Positions 26,323-34,568 of a DNA stretch of 34,568 bases are shown piece after piece. A model generated the notes under the pieces. The model made no database searches, was not told the DNA's origin, and was given only the letters and a program-made list of their open reading frames with translations. Positions within the stretch are counted from its first letter, which is position 1. Every line of letters starts with the position of its first letter. The DNA comes from a virus. Taxonomy: Duplodnaviria; Heunggongvirae; Uroviricota; Caudoviricetes. Position numbers and translations under genes: made by a program. The DNA is taken from positions 1-34,568 of IMG/VR virus record IMGVR_UViG_2740892214_000019; one strand, written 5' to 3'.

Positions 26323-27513
26323 ATGAGTGACTATCATCACGGCGTGCAGGTGCTGGAGATTAACGACGGCACCCGCGTCATTTCCACCGTATCCACTGCC
26401 ATTGTCGGCATGGTCTGCACGGCCAGCGATGCGGATGCGGAAACCTTCCCCCTCAATAAACCTGTGCTGATTACCAATGTGCAGAACGCAATTGCAAAGG
26501 CCGGTAAAAAAGGCACGCTGGCGGCATCGTTGCAGGCCATCGCTGACCAGTCAAAACCGGTCACCGTTGTCGTGCGCGTGGAAGACGGCACCGGTGATGA
26601 CGAGGAAACGAAACTCGCGCAGACCGTTTCCAATATCATCGGCACCACCGACGAAAACGGTCAGTACACCGGACTGAAAGCCCTGCTGGCGGCGGAGTCG
26701 GTAACTGGTGTTAAACCGCGTATTCTCGGCGTGCCGGGACTGGACACCAAAGAGGTGGCGGTTGCACTGGCATCAGTCTGTCAGAAGCTGCGCGCTTTCG
26801 GGTATATCAGCGCATGGGGCTGTAAAACCATTTCCGAGGTGAAAGCCTACCGCCAGAATTTCAGCCAGCGTGAGCTGATGGTCATCTGGCCGGATTTCCT
26901 CGCATGGGATACGGTCGCCAGTACCACCGCCACCGCGTATGCCACCGCCCGTGCGCTGGGTCTGCGCGCTAAAATCGACCAGGAGCAGGGCTGGCATAAA
27001 ACGCTGTCCAACGTCGGGGTGAACGGTGTTACCGGAATCAGCGCGTCCGTATTCTGGGATTTGCAGGAGTCCGGCACCGATGCTGACCTGCTTAACGAGT
27101 CAGGCGTCACAACGCTGATTCGCCGTGACGGTTTCCGCTTCTGGGGTAACCGTACCTGCTCTGATGACCCGCTGTTCCTCTTTGAAAACTACACCCGCAC
27201 CGCGCAGGTGCTGGCCGACACGATGGCTGAGGCGCACATGTGGGCGGTGGACAAGCCCATCACCGCAACGCTGATTCGCGACATCGTTGACGGCATCAAT
27301 GCCAAATTCCGTGAGTTGAAAACAAACGGCTATATCGTGGATGCGACCTGCTGGTTCAGCGAAGAATCCAACGATGCGGAAACCCTCAAGGCCGGAAAAC
27401 TGTATATCGACTACGACTATACACCGGTACCTCCTCTTGAAAACCTGACCCTGCGCCAGCGTATTACCGATAAATACCTGGCGAATCTGGTCACCTCGGT
27501 TAACAGCAATTAA
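26323..27513 (+). CDS. FI: P2-type tail sheath protein
   Basis: 396 aa; near-identical along its length to P2 gpFI as I recall it. Confidence 0.93.
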   Translation: MSDYHHGVQVLEINDGTRVISTVSTAIVGMVCTASDADAETFPLNKPVLITNVQNAIAKAGKKGTLAASLQAIADQSKPVTVVVRVEDGTGDDEETKLAQTVSNIIGTTDENGQYTGLKALLAAESVTGVKPRILGVPGLDTKEVAVALASVCQKLRAFGYISAWGCKTISEVKAYRQNFSQRELMVIWPDFLAWDTVASTTATAYATARALGLRAKIDQEQGWHKTLSNVGVNGVTGISASVFWDLQESGTDADLLNESGVTTLIRRDGFRFWGNRTCSDDPLFLFENYTRTAQVLADTMAEAHMWAVDKPITATLIRDIVDGINAKFRELKTNGYIVDATCWFSEESNDAETLKAGKLYIDYDYTPVPPLENLTLRQRITDKYLANLVTSVNSN

Positions 27514-27525
27514 GGAGCCTGACCG

Positions 27526-28044
27526 ATGGCAATGCCGCGCAAACTCAAGTTAATGAACGTCTTTCTGAACGGCTACAGCTATCAGGGCGTTGCAAAGTCC
27601 GTCACGCTGCCAAAACTGACCCGTAAGCTCGAAAACTATCGCGGTGCGGGGATGAACGGCAGCGCACCGGTAGACCTCGGCCTTGATGACGATGCGCTGT
27701 CAATGGAGTGGTCGCTCGGTGGCTTCCCGGATTCGGTTATCTGGGAGCTTTACGCCGCAACCGGTGTGGATGCCGTACCGATTCGTTTTGCAGGCTCTTA
27801 CCAGCGCGACGATACCGGCGAAACGGTGGCCGTCGAGGTGGTCATGCGTGGACGTCAGAAAGAAATCGACACCGGCGAGGGCAAACAGGGAGAAGACACC
27901 GAGTCGAAAATCTCCGTGGTCTGCACCTATTTCCGGCTGACGATGGACGGTAAGGAGCTGGTCGAAATCGACACCATCAACATGATTGAGAAGGTGAACG
28001 GCGTCGACCGGCTGGAGCAACACCGCCGCAATATCGGCCTGTGA
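27526..28044 (+). CDS. FII: P2-type tail tube protein
   Basis: 172 aa; matches P2 gpFII. Confidence 0.93.
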   Translation: MAMPRKLKLMNVFLNGYSYQGVAKSVTLPKLTRKLENYRGAGMNGSAPVDLGLDDDALSMEWSLGGFPDSVIWELYAATGVDAVPIRFAGSYQRDDTGETVAVEVVMRGRQKEIDTGEGKQGEDTESKISVVCTYFRLTMDGKELVEIDTINMIEKVNGVDRLEQHRRNIGL

Positions 28045-28100
28045 TTTTCATCCGGTCAGTCTGGCTGACCGGTTAACCCCGATTCAGAAGTGAGAAAACC

Positions 28101-28376
28101 ATGAACAAAGAAAACGTCATTACCCTGGACAATCCGGTCAAACGTGGTGAGCAGGTTATCGAACAGATCACGCTGATGAAACCCAATGCCGGGACGCTGC
28201 GCGGTGTCAGTCTGGCTGCAGTCGCGAACTCCGAAGTCGATGCACTGATTAAAGTGCTGCCGCGCATGACGGCACCGATGCTGACCGAGCAGGAAGTCGC
28301 CGCGCTGGAACTGCCTGACCTTGTGGCGCTGGCCGGTAAGGTGGTCGGTTTTTTGTCGCCGAACTCGGTGCAGTGA
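28101..28376 (+). CDS. E: P2-type tail assembly chaperone
   Basis: 91 aa; slippery T TTT TTG at 28349-28355 near the 3' end. Confidence 0.9.
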   Translation: MNKENVITLDNPVKRGEQVIEQITLMKPNAGTLRGVSLAAVANSEVDALIKVLPRMTAPMLTEQEVAALELPDLVALAGKVVGFLSPNSVQ

Positions 28377-28528
28377 CGTTTCCGAAAAATCTCTCGGTCG
28401 ATGACCTGATGGCGGATGTGGCAGTGATATTTCACTGGCCGCCATCAGAACTGTATCCCATGAGCCTGACCGAACTCATCACATGGCGCGAAAAGGCGCT
28501 CCGGCGAAGTGGAAACACGAATGAGTAA
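28101..28528 (+). CDS. E': P2-type E+E' programmed -1 frameshift product
   Basis: After the slip the -1 frame is open to TAA at 28526-28528, overlapping the T start. Confidence 0.75.
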
Positions 28529-30968
28529 CAATGTAAAATTACAGGTATTGCTCAGGGCTGTTGACCAGGCATCCCGCCCGTTTAAATCCATCCGCACAGC
28601 GAGCAAGTCGCTGTCGGGGGATATCCGGGAAACACAAAAATCACTGCGCGAGCTGAACGGTCACGCATCCCGTATTGAGGGATTCCGCAAGACCAGCGCA
28701 CAGCTCGCCGTGACTGGTCATGCACTTGAAAAGGCTCGGCAGGAAGCAGAAGCCCTTGCCACACAGTTTAAAAACACCGAACGTCCGACCCGTGCTCAGG
28801 CGAAAGTGCTGGAATCCGCAAAGCGTGCGGCGGAGGACTTACAGGCGAAATATAACCGCCTGACGGATTCCGTTAAACGCCAGCAGCGGGAACTGGCCGC
28901 TGTGGGAATTAATACCCGCAATCTTGCACATGATGAGCAGGGACTGAAAAACCGTATCAGTGAAACCACCGCACAGCTTAACCGTCAGCGCGACGCGCTG
29001 GCGCGTGTCAGTGCGCAACAGGCAAAACTTAACGCAGTCAAACAGCGTTATCAGGCCGGAAAGGAGCTGGCCGGAAATATGGCCTCAGTGGGCGCTGCCG
29101 GTGTGGGGATTGCAGCGGCGGGAACGATGGCCGGTGTTAAGCTACTGATGCCCGGTTATGAGTTTGCGCAGAAAAACTCAGAATTGCAGGCCGTGCTAGG
29201 TGTGGCAAAAGACTCCGCCGAAATGGCCGCACTCCGCAAGCAGGCGCGCCAGCTCGGCGACAATACCGCCGCCTCGGCAGATGATGCAGCCGGTGCGCAG
29301 ATTATTATTGCGAAAGCCGGTGGGGATGTTGATGCCATTCAGGCGGCAACGCCGGTCACGCTGAACATGGCGCTGGCGAACCGCCGCACGATGGAAGAAA
29401 ACGCCGCCCTGTTGATGGGGATGAAATCCGCCTTTCAGCTTTCAAACGATAAGGTCGCTCATATCGGGGATGTTCTCTCCATGACGATGAACAAAACCGC
29501 CGCCGATTTTGACGGTATGAGCGATGCGCTGACCTATGCTGCACCTGTGGCAAAAAATGCCGGTGTCAGCATTGAAGAAACCGCCGCAATGGTCGGGGCG
29601 CTGCATGATGCAAAAATTACCGGTTCAATGGCGGGGACGGGAAGCCGTGCCGTGTTAAGTCGCCTGCAGGCACCGACGGGAAAAGCATGGGATGCACTCA
29701 AAGAGCTTGGCGTGAAAACCTCAGACAGTAAGGGGAATACCCGACCAGTATTTACCATTCTGAAAGAAATGCAGGCCAGTTTTGAGAAAAACCGGCTCGG
29801 TACTGCCCAGCAGGCTGAATACATGAAAACCATTTTCGGGGAGGAGGCCAGCTCAGCCGCCGCCGTGCTGATGACTGCCGCCTCAACCGGAAAGCTGGAC
29901 AAACTGACCGCTGCGTTTAAAGCCTCAGACGGGAAGACCGCCGAGCTGGTAAATATCATGCAGGACAACCTCGGCGGTGACTTTAAGGAGTTTCAGTCCG
30001 CTTATGAGGCGGTGGGGACAGACCTGTTTGACCAGCAGGAAGGCGCGCTGCGTAAGCTCACGCAGACGGCCACAAAGTATGTGTTAAAACTCGACGGCTG
30101 GATACAGAAAAACAAATCACTGGCGTCAACCATTGGCCTCATTGCCGGTGGCGCGCTGGCGCTTACTGGCATCATCGGTGCAATTGGTCTTGTTGCCTGG
30201 CCGGTTATCACCGGCATCAATGCCATCATCGCGGCAGCAGGCGCAATGGGGGCAATCTTCACGACGGTTGGTAGTGCCGTTATGACGGCTATCGGGGCGA
30301 TTAGCTGGCCGGTTGTGGCCGTGGTGGCTGCAATTGTCGCCGGGGCGTTGCTTATCCGTAAATACTGGGAGCCTGTCAGCGCATTCTTTGGCGGTGTGGT
30401 GGAAGGGCTGAAAGCGGCATTTGCGCCGGTGGGGGAACTGTTCACGCCACTTAAGCCGCTGTTTGACTGGCTGGGTGAAAAGTTACAGGCCGCGTGGCAG
30501 TGGTTTAAAAACCTGATTGCCCCCGTCAAAGCCACCCAGGACACCCTGAACCGTTGCCGTGACACGGGTGTCATGTTCGGGCAGGCACTGGCTGACGCGT
30601 TGATGCTGCCGCTTAATGCGTTCAACAAACTGCGCAGCGGTATTGACTGGGTACTGGAAAAACTCGGCGTTATCAACAAAGAGTCAGGCACGCTTGACCA
30701 GACCGCCGCCAGAACTCATGCCGCCACGTATGGCACCGGTGGTTATATTCCGGCGGCCAGCTCTTATGCAGGTTATCAGGCTTATCAGCCGGTCACGGCA
30801 CCGGCTGGCCGCTCTTATGTGGACCAGAGTAAAAACGAATATCACATCAACCTGACGGGCGGTACTGCGCCGGGGACACAGCTCGACCGCCAGTTACAGG
30901 ATGCACTCGAAAAATACGAGCGGGATAAACGTGCGCGCGCCCGTGCCAGCATGATGCATGACGGTTAA
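28521..30968 (+). CDS. T: P2-type tail tape measure protein
   Basis: Matches P2 gpT starting MSNNVKLQ; the track's 28509 start is a GTG, the ATG is at 28521. Confidence 0.9.
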   Translation: MSNNVKLQVLLRAVDQASRPFKSIRTASKSLSGDIRETQKSLRELNGHASRIEGFRKTSAQLAVTGHALEKARQEAEALATQFKNTERPTRAQAKVLESAKRAAEDLQAKYNRLTDSVKRQQRELAAVGINTRNLAHDEQGLKNRISETTAQLNRQRDALARVSAQQAKLNAVKQRYQAGKELAGNMASVGAAGVGIAAAGTMAGVKLLMPGYEFAQKNSELQAVLGVAKDSAEMAALRKQARQLGDNTAASADDAAGAQIIIAKAGGDVDAIQAATPVTLNMALANRRTMEENAALLMGMKSAFQLSNDKVAHIGDVLSMTMNKTAADFDGMSDALTYAAPVAKNAGVSIEETAAMVGALHDAKITGSMAGTGSRAVLSRLQAPTGKAWDALKELGVKTSDSKGNTRPVFTILKEMQASFEKNRLGTAQQAEYMKTIFGEEASSAAAVLMTAASTGKLDKLTAAFKASDGKTAELVNIMQDNLGGDFKEFQSAYEAVGTDLFDQQEGALRKLTQTATKYVLKLDGWIQKNKSLASTIGLIAGGALALTGIIGAIGLVAWPVITGINAIIAAAGAMGAIFTTVGSAVMTAIGAISWPVVAVVAAIVAGALLIRKYWEPVSAFFGGVVEGLKAAFAPVGELFTPLKPLFDWLGEKLQAAWQWFKNLIAPVKATQDTLNRCRDTGVMFGQALADALMLPLNAFNKLRSGIDWVLEKLGVINKESGTLDQTAARTHAATYGTGGYIPAASSYAGYQAYQPVTAPAGRSYVDQSKNEYHINLTGGTAPGTQLDRQLQDALEKYERDKRARARASMMHDG

Positions 30969-30982
30969 GGAGGTGACGAAAA

Positions 30983-31462
30983 ATGATGCTCGCGTTAGGT
31001 ATGTTTGTTTTTATGCGCCAGACGCTGCCACACCAGACCATGCAGCGTGAATCAGATTATCGCTGGCCGTCAAATTCCCGTATCGGTAAACGGGATGCCT
31101 ACCAGTTTCTCGGTGTGGGTGAGGAAAACATTACGCTTGCCGGTGTGCTTTATCCTGAACTGACCGGCGGAAAGCTGACGATGACCACGCTCAGACTGAT
31201 GGCAGAGGAAGGCCGGGCGTGGCCGTTGCTGGATGGCACCGGAATGATTTACGGCATGTATGTCATCAGCAGGGTGAGTGAAACAGGGAGTATTTTCTTT
31301 GCAGACGGCACACCCCGGAAAATTGATTTTACGCTGTCGCTCACCCGCGTTGATGAATCACTGGCCGCGCTTTATGGCGATATCGGTAAACAGGCGGAGT
31401 CGCTCATCGGTAAGGCCGGCAGTCTGGCGACCAGATTCACAGGTATGATGGGGGCGGGATAA
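30983..31462 (+). CDS. U: P2-type tail protein
   Basis: Matches P2 gpU in size and sequence. Confidence 0.9.
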   Translation: MMLALGMFVFMRQTLPHQTMQRESDYRWPSNSRIGKRDAYQFLGVGEENITLAGVLYPELTGGKLTMTTLRLMAEEGRAWPLLDGTGMIYGMYVISRVSETGSIFFADGTPRKIDFTLSLTRVDESLAALYGDIGKQAESLIGKAGSLATRFTGMMGAG

Positions 31463-32625
31463 TGCTGGATGCGCTGACATTTGATGCAGGCAGTACGCTG
31501 ACGCCGGATTACATGCTGATGCTCGACAGCAGGGATATTACCGGCAATATCAGCGACCGTCTGATGAGCATGACTCTGACGGATAACCGGGGCTTTGAAG
31601 CTGACCAGCTTGATATTGAACTGAACGATGCCGACGGGCAGGTCGGGCTGCCGGTTCGTGGCGCTGTCCTGACGGTGTATATCGGCTGGAAAGGTTTTGC
31701 CCTGGTATGCAAAGGGAAATTTACCGTTGATGAGGTTGAACACCGGGGCGCACCGGATGTGGTCACCATCCGCGCCCGGAGTGCAGATTTTCGTGGGACG
31801 CTCAATTCCCGCCGTGAAGGCTCCTGGCATGACACCACGCTCGGTGCGATTGTTGAGGCGATAGCCTCCCGTAACAGGCTGGAAGCCAGTGTCGCTCCGT
31901 CACTGGCCGGAATTAAAATCCCGCACATCGACCAGTCGCAGGAGTCTGATGCAAAATTCCTGACCCGCCTTGCTGAACGCAACGGCGGTGAGGTGTCGGT
32001 AAAAATGGGAAAACTGTTGTTTCTCAAAGCGGGGCAGGGGGTGACGGCCAGCGGTAAAAAAATCCCGCAGATTACCATCACCCGCAGCGACGGCGACCGT
32101 CATCATTTTGCGATTGCTGACCGTGGAGCCTATACCGGCGTAACGGCAAAGTGGCTTCACACCAAAGACCCGAAGCCGCAAAAGCAGAAGGTAAAACTGA
32201 AACGCAAAAAGAAAGAAAAACACCTGCGCGCACTGGAGCACCCAAAAGCGAAACCGGTCAGGCAGAAGAAAGCGCCAAAAGTACCGGAAGCGCGCGAAGG
32301 TGAATATATGGCCGGTGAGGCTGACAATGTTTTTGCCCTGACCACGGTATATGCCACGAAAGCGCAGGCCATGCGCGCCGCTCAGGCGAAGTGGGATAAA
32401 CTGCAACGGGGCGTTGCGGAGTTCTCCATCAGCCTGGCTACCGGTCGGGCAGATATTTACACGGAAACACCGGTTAAAGTGTCAGGCTTTAAGCGCGTCA
32501 TAGACGAGCAGGACTGGACAATCACTAAGGTGACACATTTTCTGAATAATAGCGGCTTCACGACGTCCCTGGAGCTTGAGGTCAGGCTTTCTGATGTGGA
32601 GTACGAAACAGAAGATGATGAGTGA
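31462..32625 (+). CDS. D: P2-type late control / tail protein
   Basis: 387 aa; matches P2 gpD. Confidence 0.9.
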   Translation: MLDALTFDAGSTLTPDYMLMLDSRDITGNISDRLMSMTLTDNRGFEADQLDIELNDADGQVGLPVRGAVLTVYIGWKGFALVCKGKFTVDEVEHRGAPDVVTIRARSADFRGTLNSRREGSWHDTTLGAIVEAIASRNRLEASVAPSLAGIKIPHIDQSQESDAKFLTRLAERNGGEVSVKMGKLLFLKAGQGVTASGKKIPQITITRSDGDRHHFAIADRGAYTGVTAKWLHTKDPKPQKQKVKLKRKKKEKHLRALEHPKAKPVRQKKAPKVPEAREGEYMAGEADNVFALTTVYATKAQAMRAAQAKWDKLQRGVAEFSISLATGRADIYTETPVKVSGFKRVIDEQDWTITKVTHFLNNSGFTTSLELEVRLSDVEYETEDDE

Positions 32626-32706
32626 TGTTTTTATTTTATCTGTTTGTTTTATAAGGATAATTTAACTAAAATGGCACCATCAACAAAACCGGAAGAGGTG
32701 CTCGCG

Positions 32707-32925
32707 ATGTTTCATTGTCCTTTATGCCAGCATGCCGCACATGCGCGTACAAGCCGCTATATCACTGACACGACAAAAGAGCGTTATCATCAGTGCCAGA
32801 ACGTGAATTGTAGTGCCACGTTCATCACTTATGAGTCGGTACAGCGATACATCGTGAAGCCGGGAGAAGTCCACGCCGTAAGGCCGCACCCGTTGCCGTC
32901 AGGGCAGCAAATTATGTGGATGTAA
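32707..32925 (+). CDS. ogr: Ogr zinc-finger late-gene transcriptional activator
   Basis: 72 aa starting MFHCPLCQHAAHARTSRYI with a four-Cys zinc finger; the upstream in-frame extension from 32644 is not used. Confidence 0.9.
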   Translation: MFHCPLCQHAAHARTSRYITDTTKERYHQCQNVNCSATFITYESVQRYIVKPGEVHAVRPHPLPSGQQIMWM

Positions 32926-32935
32926 TTACAAACAG

Positions 32936-32959
32936 GAAGCCCCTCAGTCGAGGGGCTTT
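32936..32959. terminator. Bidirectional stem-loop (AAGCCCCTC, loop, GAGGGGCTT) after ogr
   Basis: Read directly; followed by TTTCAACTTTGTTT. It also lies just 3' of the minus-strand 32977-33378 gene. Confidence 0.55.
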
Positions 32960-32976
32960 CAACTTTGTTTAGGAGC

Positions 32977-33378
32977 TTATTTCCCTGTGTAAAGACGTGT
33001 TTGGGATGAAAGTAACACTTGCCCCTGTTTAGGCGTCAACGAACCTATTTCATTGCATGTTTTTAATGGTTCGGAAAAAACATAACCGATGGATTTATAT
33101 TGATTAACTATGCTTATTTCTTTGATTTTTTTGAGATATGAAACAGGCGTGTCTTTTGTCCAGACTGGTGCGCATACACCAGTCATAATCAGGTTGTTGT
33201 AGGCGTCAGGAGAGATTTCTTTGCCAGGAAGCACCACCGTAAGCGAGTTGTTTTTATTCGTGATTTCTAGGGGTTGCCATGGTTTAAGCTGCTTTTGAAG
33301 GGTTTTAATATCATTCGCGTTTGCGTTGAGTGAAATTATTAAGGTGGCTATTGCCATCACTGATTTAAGAGTTGCCAT
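32977..33378 (-). CDS. Small secreted/periplasmic protein of unknown function (133 aa, two Cys)
   Basis: N-terminal signal peptide with LNANA cleavage region; AAGGA RBS about 7 nt upstream; AT-rich by eye. Confidence 0.6.
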   Translation of the reverse strand: MATLKSVMAIATLIISLNANANDIKTLQKQLKPWQPLEITNKNNSLTVVLPGKEISPDAYNNLIMTGVCAPVWTKDTPVSYLKKIKEISIVNQYKSIGYVFSEPLKTCNEIGSLTPKQGQVLLSSQTRLYTGK

Positions 33379-33438
33379 AGAAAATCCTTAATAAACATTT
33401 GGTTGAGTAAAATTCATACCTCCAAAAAGAGGAAAAAT

Positions 33439-33463
33439 AAAGCCCCATGTGCTTAGGGGCTTT
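33439..33463. terminator. Hairpin AAAGCCCC, 9-nt loop, GGGGCTTT
   Basis: Read directly; the U-rich flank is on the minus-strand side. Confidence 0.4.
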
Positions 33464-33557
33464 CAGTAGTCGATGTGGACGCTATGTGGACAGTGTTTGA
33501 TATAAATCCATTTATATCATCAGGTTAGGTGCATTTTTGTGACACCATCCCTGTCTT

Positions 33558-33584
33558 CCCCCACATGATGTGGGGGTTTTTTTT
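33558..33584 (+). terminator. Strong intrinsic terminator (CCCCCACA, TGA loop, TGTGGGGG, then T8) upstream of fieF
   Basis: Read directly; resembles what I recall of the cpxP 3' end / CpxQ sRNA terminator, unverified. Confidence 0.7.
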
Positions 33585-33665
33585 ATCCTCAATTTGCCTG
33601 CTGCTTAATGCATTGCAGATGATTTGCTTCCGTTATACTACCGTCAGTTGATAGCGGGAGTATTT

Positions 33666-34568
33666 ATGAATCAATCTTATGGACGGCTGGTCAGTCGGGC
33701 GGCGATTGCTGCGACGGCGATGGCTTCGCTGCTATTGCTGATTAAAATTTTTGCATGGTGGTATACCGGGTCGGTGAGTATTCTCGCCGCGCTGGTGGAT
33801 TCGCTGGTGGATATCGGCGCGTCGTTGACGAATTTACTGGTGGTGCGATATTCCCTGCAACCTGCCGACGATAATCACTCGTTTGGTCACGGTAAAGCTG
33901 AGTCCCTCGCGGCGCTGGCGCAAAGTATGTTTATCTCCGGTTCGGCACTATTCCTGTTTTTGACGGGTATTCAACATCTGGTATCTCCAACACCGATGAC
34001 AGATCCAGGCGTCGGGGTTATCGTGACAATTGTGGCGCTAATTTGTACGATTATCCTTGTCTCGTTTCAGCGTTGGGTGGTGCGCCGGACGCAAAGCCAG
34101 GCGGTGCGGGCTGATATGCTACATTACCAGTCTGATGTTATGATGAACGGCGCAATTCTGCTGGCGCTGGGGTTGTCCTGGTACGGCTGGCATCGCGCCG
34201 ATGCTCTGTTTGCATTGGGGATCGGCATCTATATTTTATATAGCGCGTTACGCATGGGATATGAGGCGGTACAGTCATTACTGGATCGCGCATTGCCTGA
34301 TGAGGAACGGCAAGAAATTATTGATATCGTGACTTCCTGGCCGGGTGTTAGCGGCGCTCACGATCTTCGCACGCGGCAGTCAGGGCCGACCCGCTTTATT
34401 CAGATTCATTTGGAAATGGAAGACTCTCTGCCTTTGGTTCAGGCACATATGGTGGCGGATCAGGTAGAGCAGGCTATTTTACGGCGTTTTCCGGGATCGG
34501 ATGTGATTATCCATCAGGACCCCTGTTCCGTCGTACCCAGGGAGGGTAAACGGTCTATGCTTTCATAA
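33666..34568 (+). CDS. fieF: Cation-diffusion facilitator, Fe/Zn efflux transporter FieF (YiiP)
   Basis: 300 aa starting [53 protein letters not shown], matching E. coli FieF as I recall it; stop codon is at the window end. Confidence 0.95.
   Translation: MNQSYGRLVSRAAIAATAMASLLLLIKIFAWWYTGSVSILAALVDSLVDIGASLTNLLVVRYSLQPADDNHSFGHGKAESLAALAQSMFISGSALFLFLTGIQHLVSPTPMTDPGVGVIVTIVALICTIILVSFQRWVVRRTQSQAVRADMLHYQSDVMMNGAILLALGLSWYGWHRADALFALGIGIYILYSALRMGYEAVQSLLDRALPDEERQEIIDIVTSWPGVSGAHDLRTRQSGPTRFIQIHLEMEDSLPLVQAHMVADQVEQAILRRFPGSDVIIHQDPCSVVPREGKRSMLS

Larger units (their letters stand above)
26264..32976 (+). mobile_element. Phage P2-type tail-gene module / prophage remnant (FI to ogr)
   Basis: Seven collinear genes matching P2 FI, FII, E/E', T, U, D and ogr; upstream P2 baseplate, fibre, head and early genes are absent from the window. 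Confidence 0.85.

Noticed and set aside
32644-32706. In-frame N-terminal extension of ogr starting at 32644
   Set aside because: Canonical Ogr is 72 aa starting at MFHCPLC (32707); the extension is unlikely to be translated.
1-34568. CRISPR array or tRNA gene
   Set aside because: No regularly spaced direct repeats and no cloverleaf-like segment near the junctions were seen by eye; I could not run a tRNA or repeat finder.

Overview
The window is almost entirely prophage DNA abutting the host gene fieF at its right end. All calls rest on reading the supplied ORF translations and the raw sequence; no searches or computations were run, and family assignments are from memory. Positions 1-26263 are the late region of a lambdoid-type temperate phage: an antirepressor-like fragment, a Q82/QuuD-type antiterminator, a lambda-type lysis cassette (holin, R-type transglycosylase, Rz/Rz1), HNH endonuclease, terminase, HK97-type portal/protease/capsid, and a Mu-type contractile tail ending in a Gin/Pin-type invertible tail-fibre segment with its invertase. 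Positions 26323-32925 are a phage P2-type tail module (FI, FII, E/E', T, U, D, ogr), so the window holds two sheath/tube/tape-measure sets and looks like a chimeric or tandem prophage. The best candidate for an undescribed system is an AT-rich, opposite-strand two-gene cassette (1968-3380) sitting between Q and the late promoter: a roughly 313-aa soluble basic protein followed by a roughly 149-aa four-helix membrane protein, an architecture reminiscent of RexA/RexB or Kiwa. A second AT-rich moron after Rz/Rz1 encodes a standalone cytoplasmic trypsin-like serine protease (5125-5994). Other points of interest are two programmed -1 frameshift sites in the tail chaperones, the inversion crossover sites, and an atypical ogr-to-fieF junction carrying a small secreted-protein gene and an orphan terminator.
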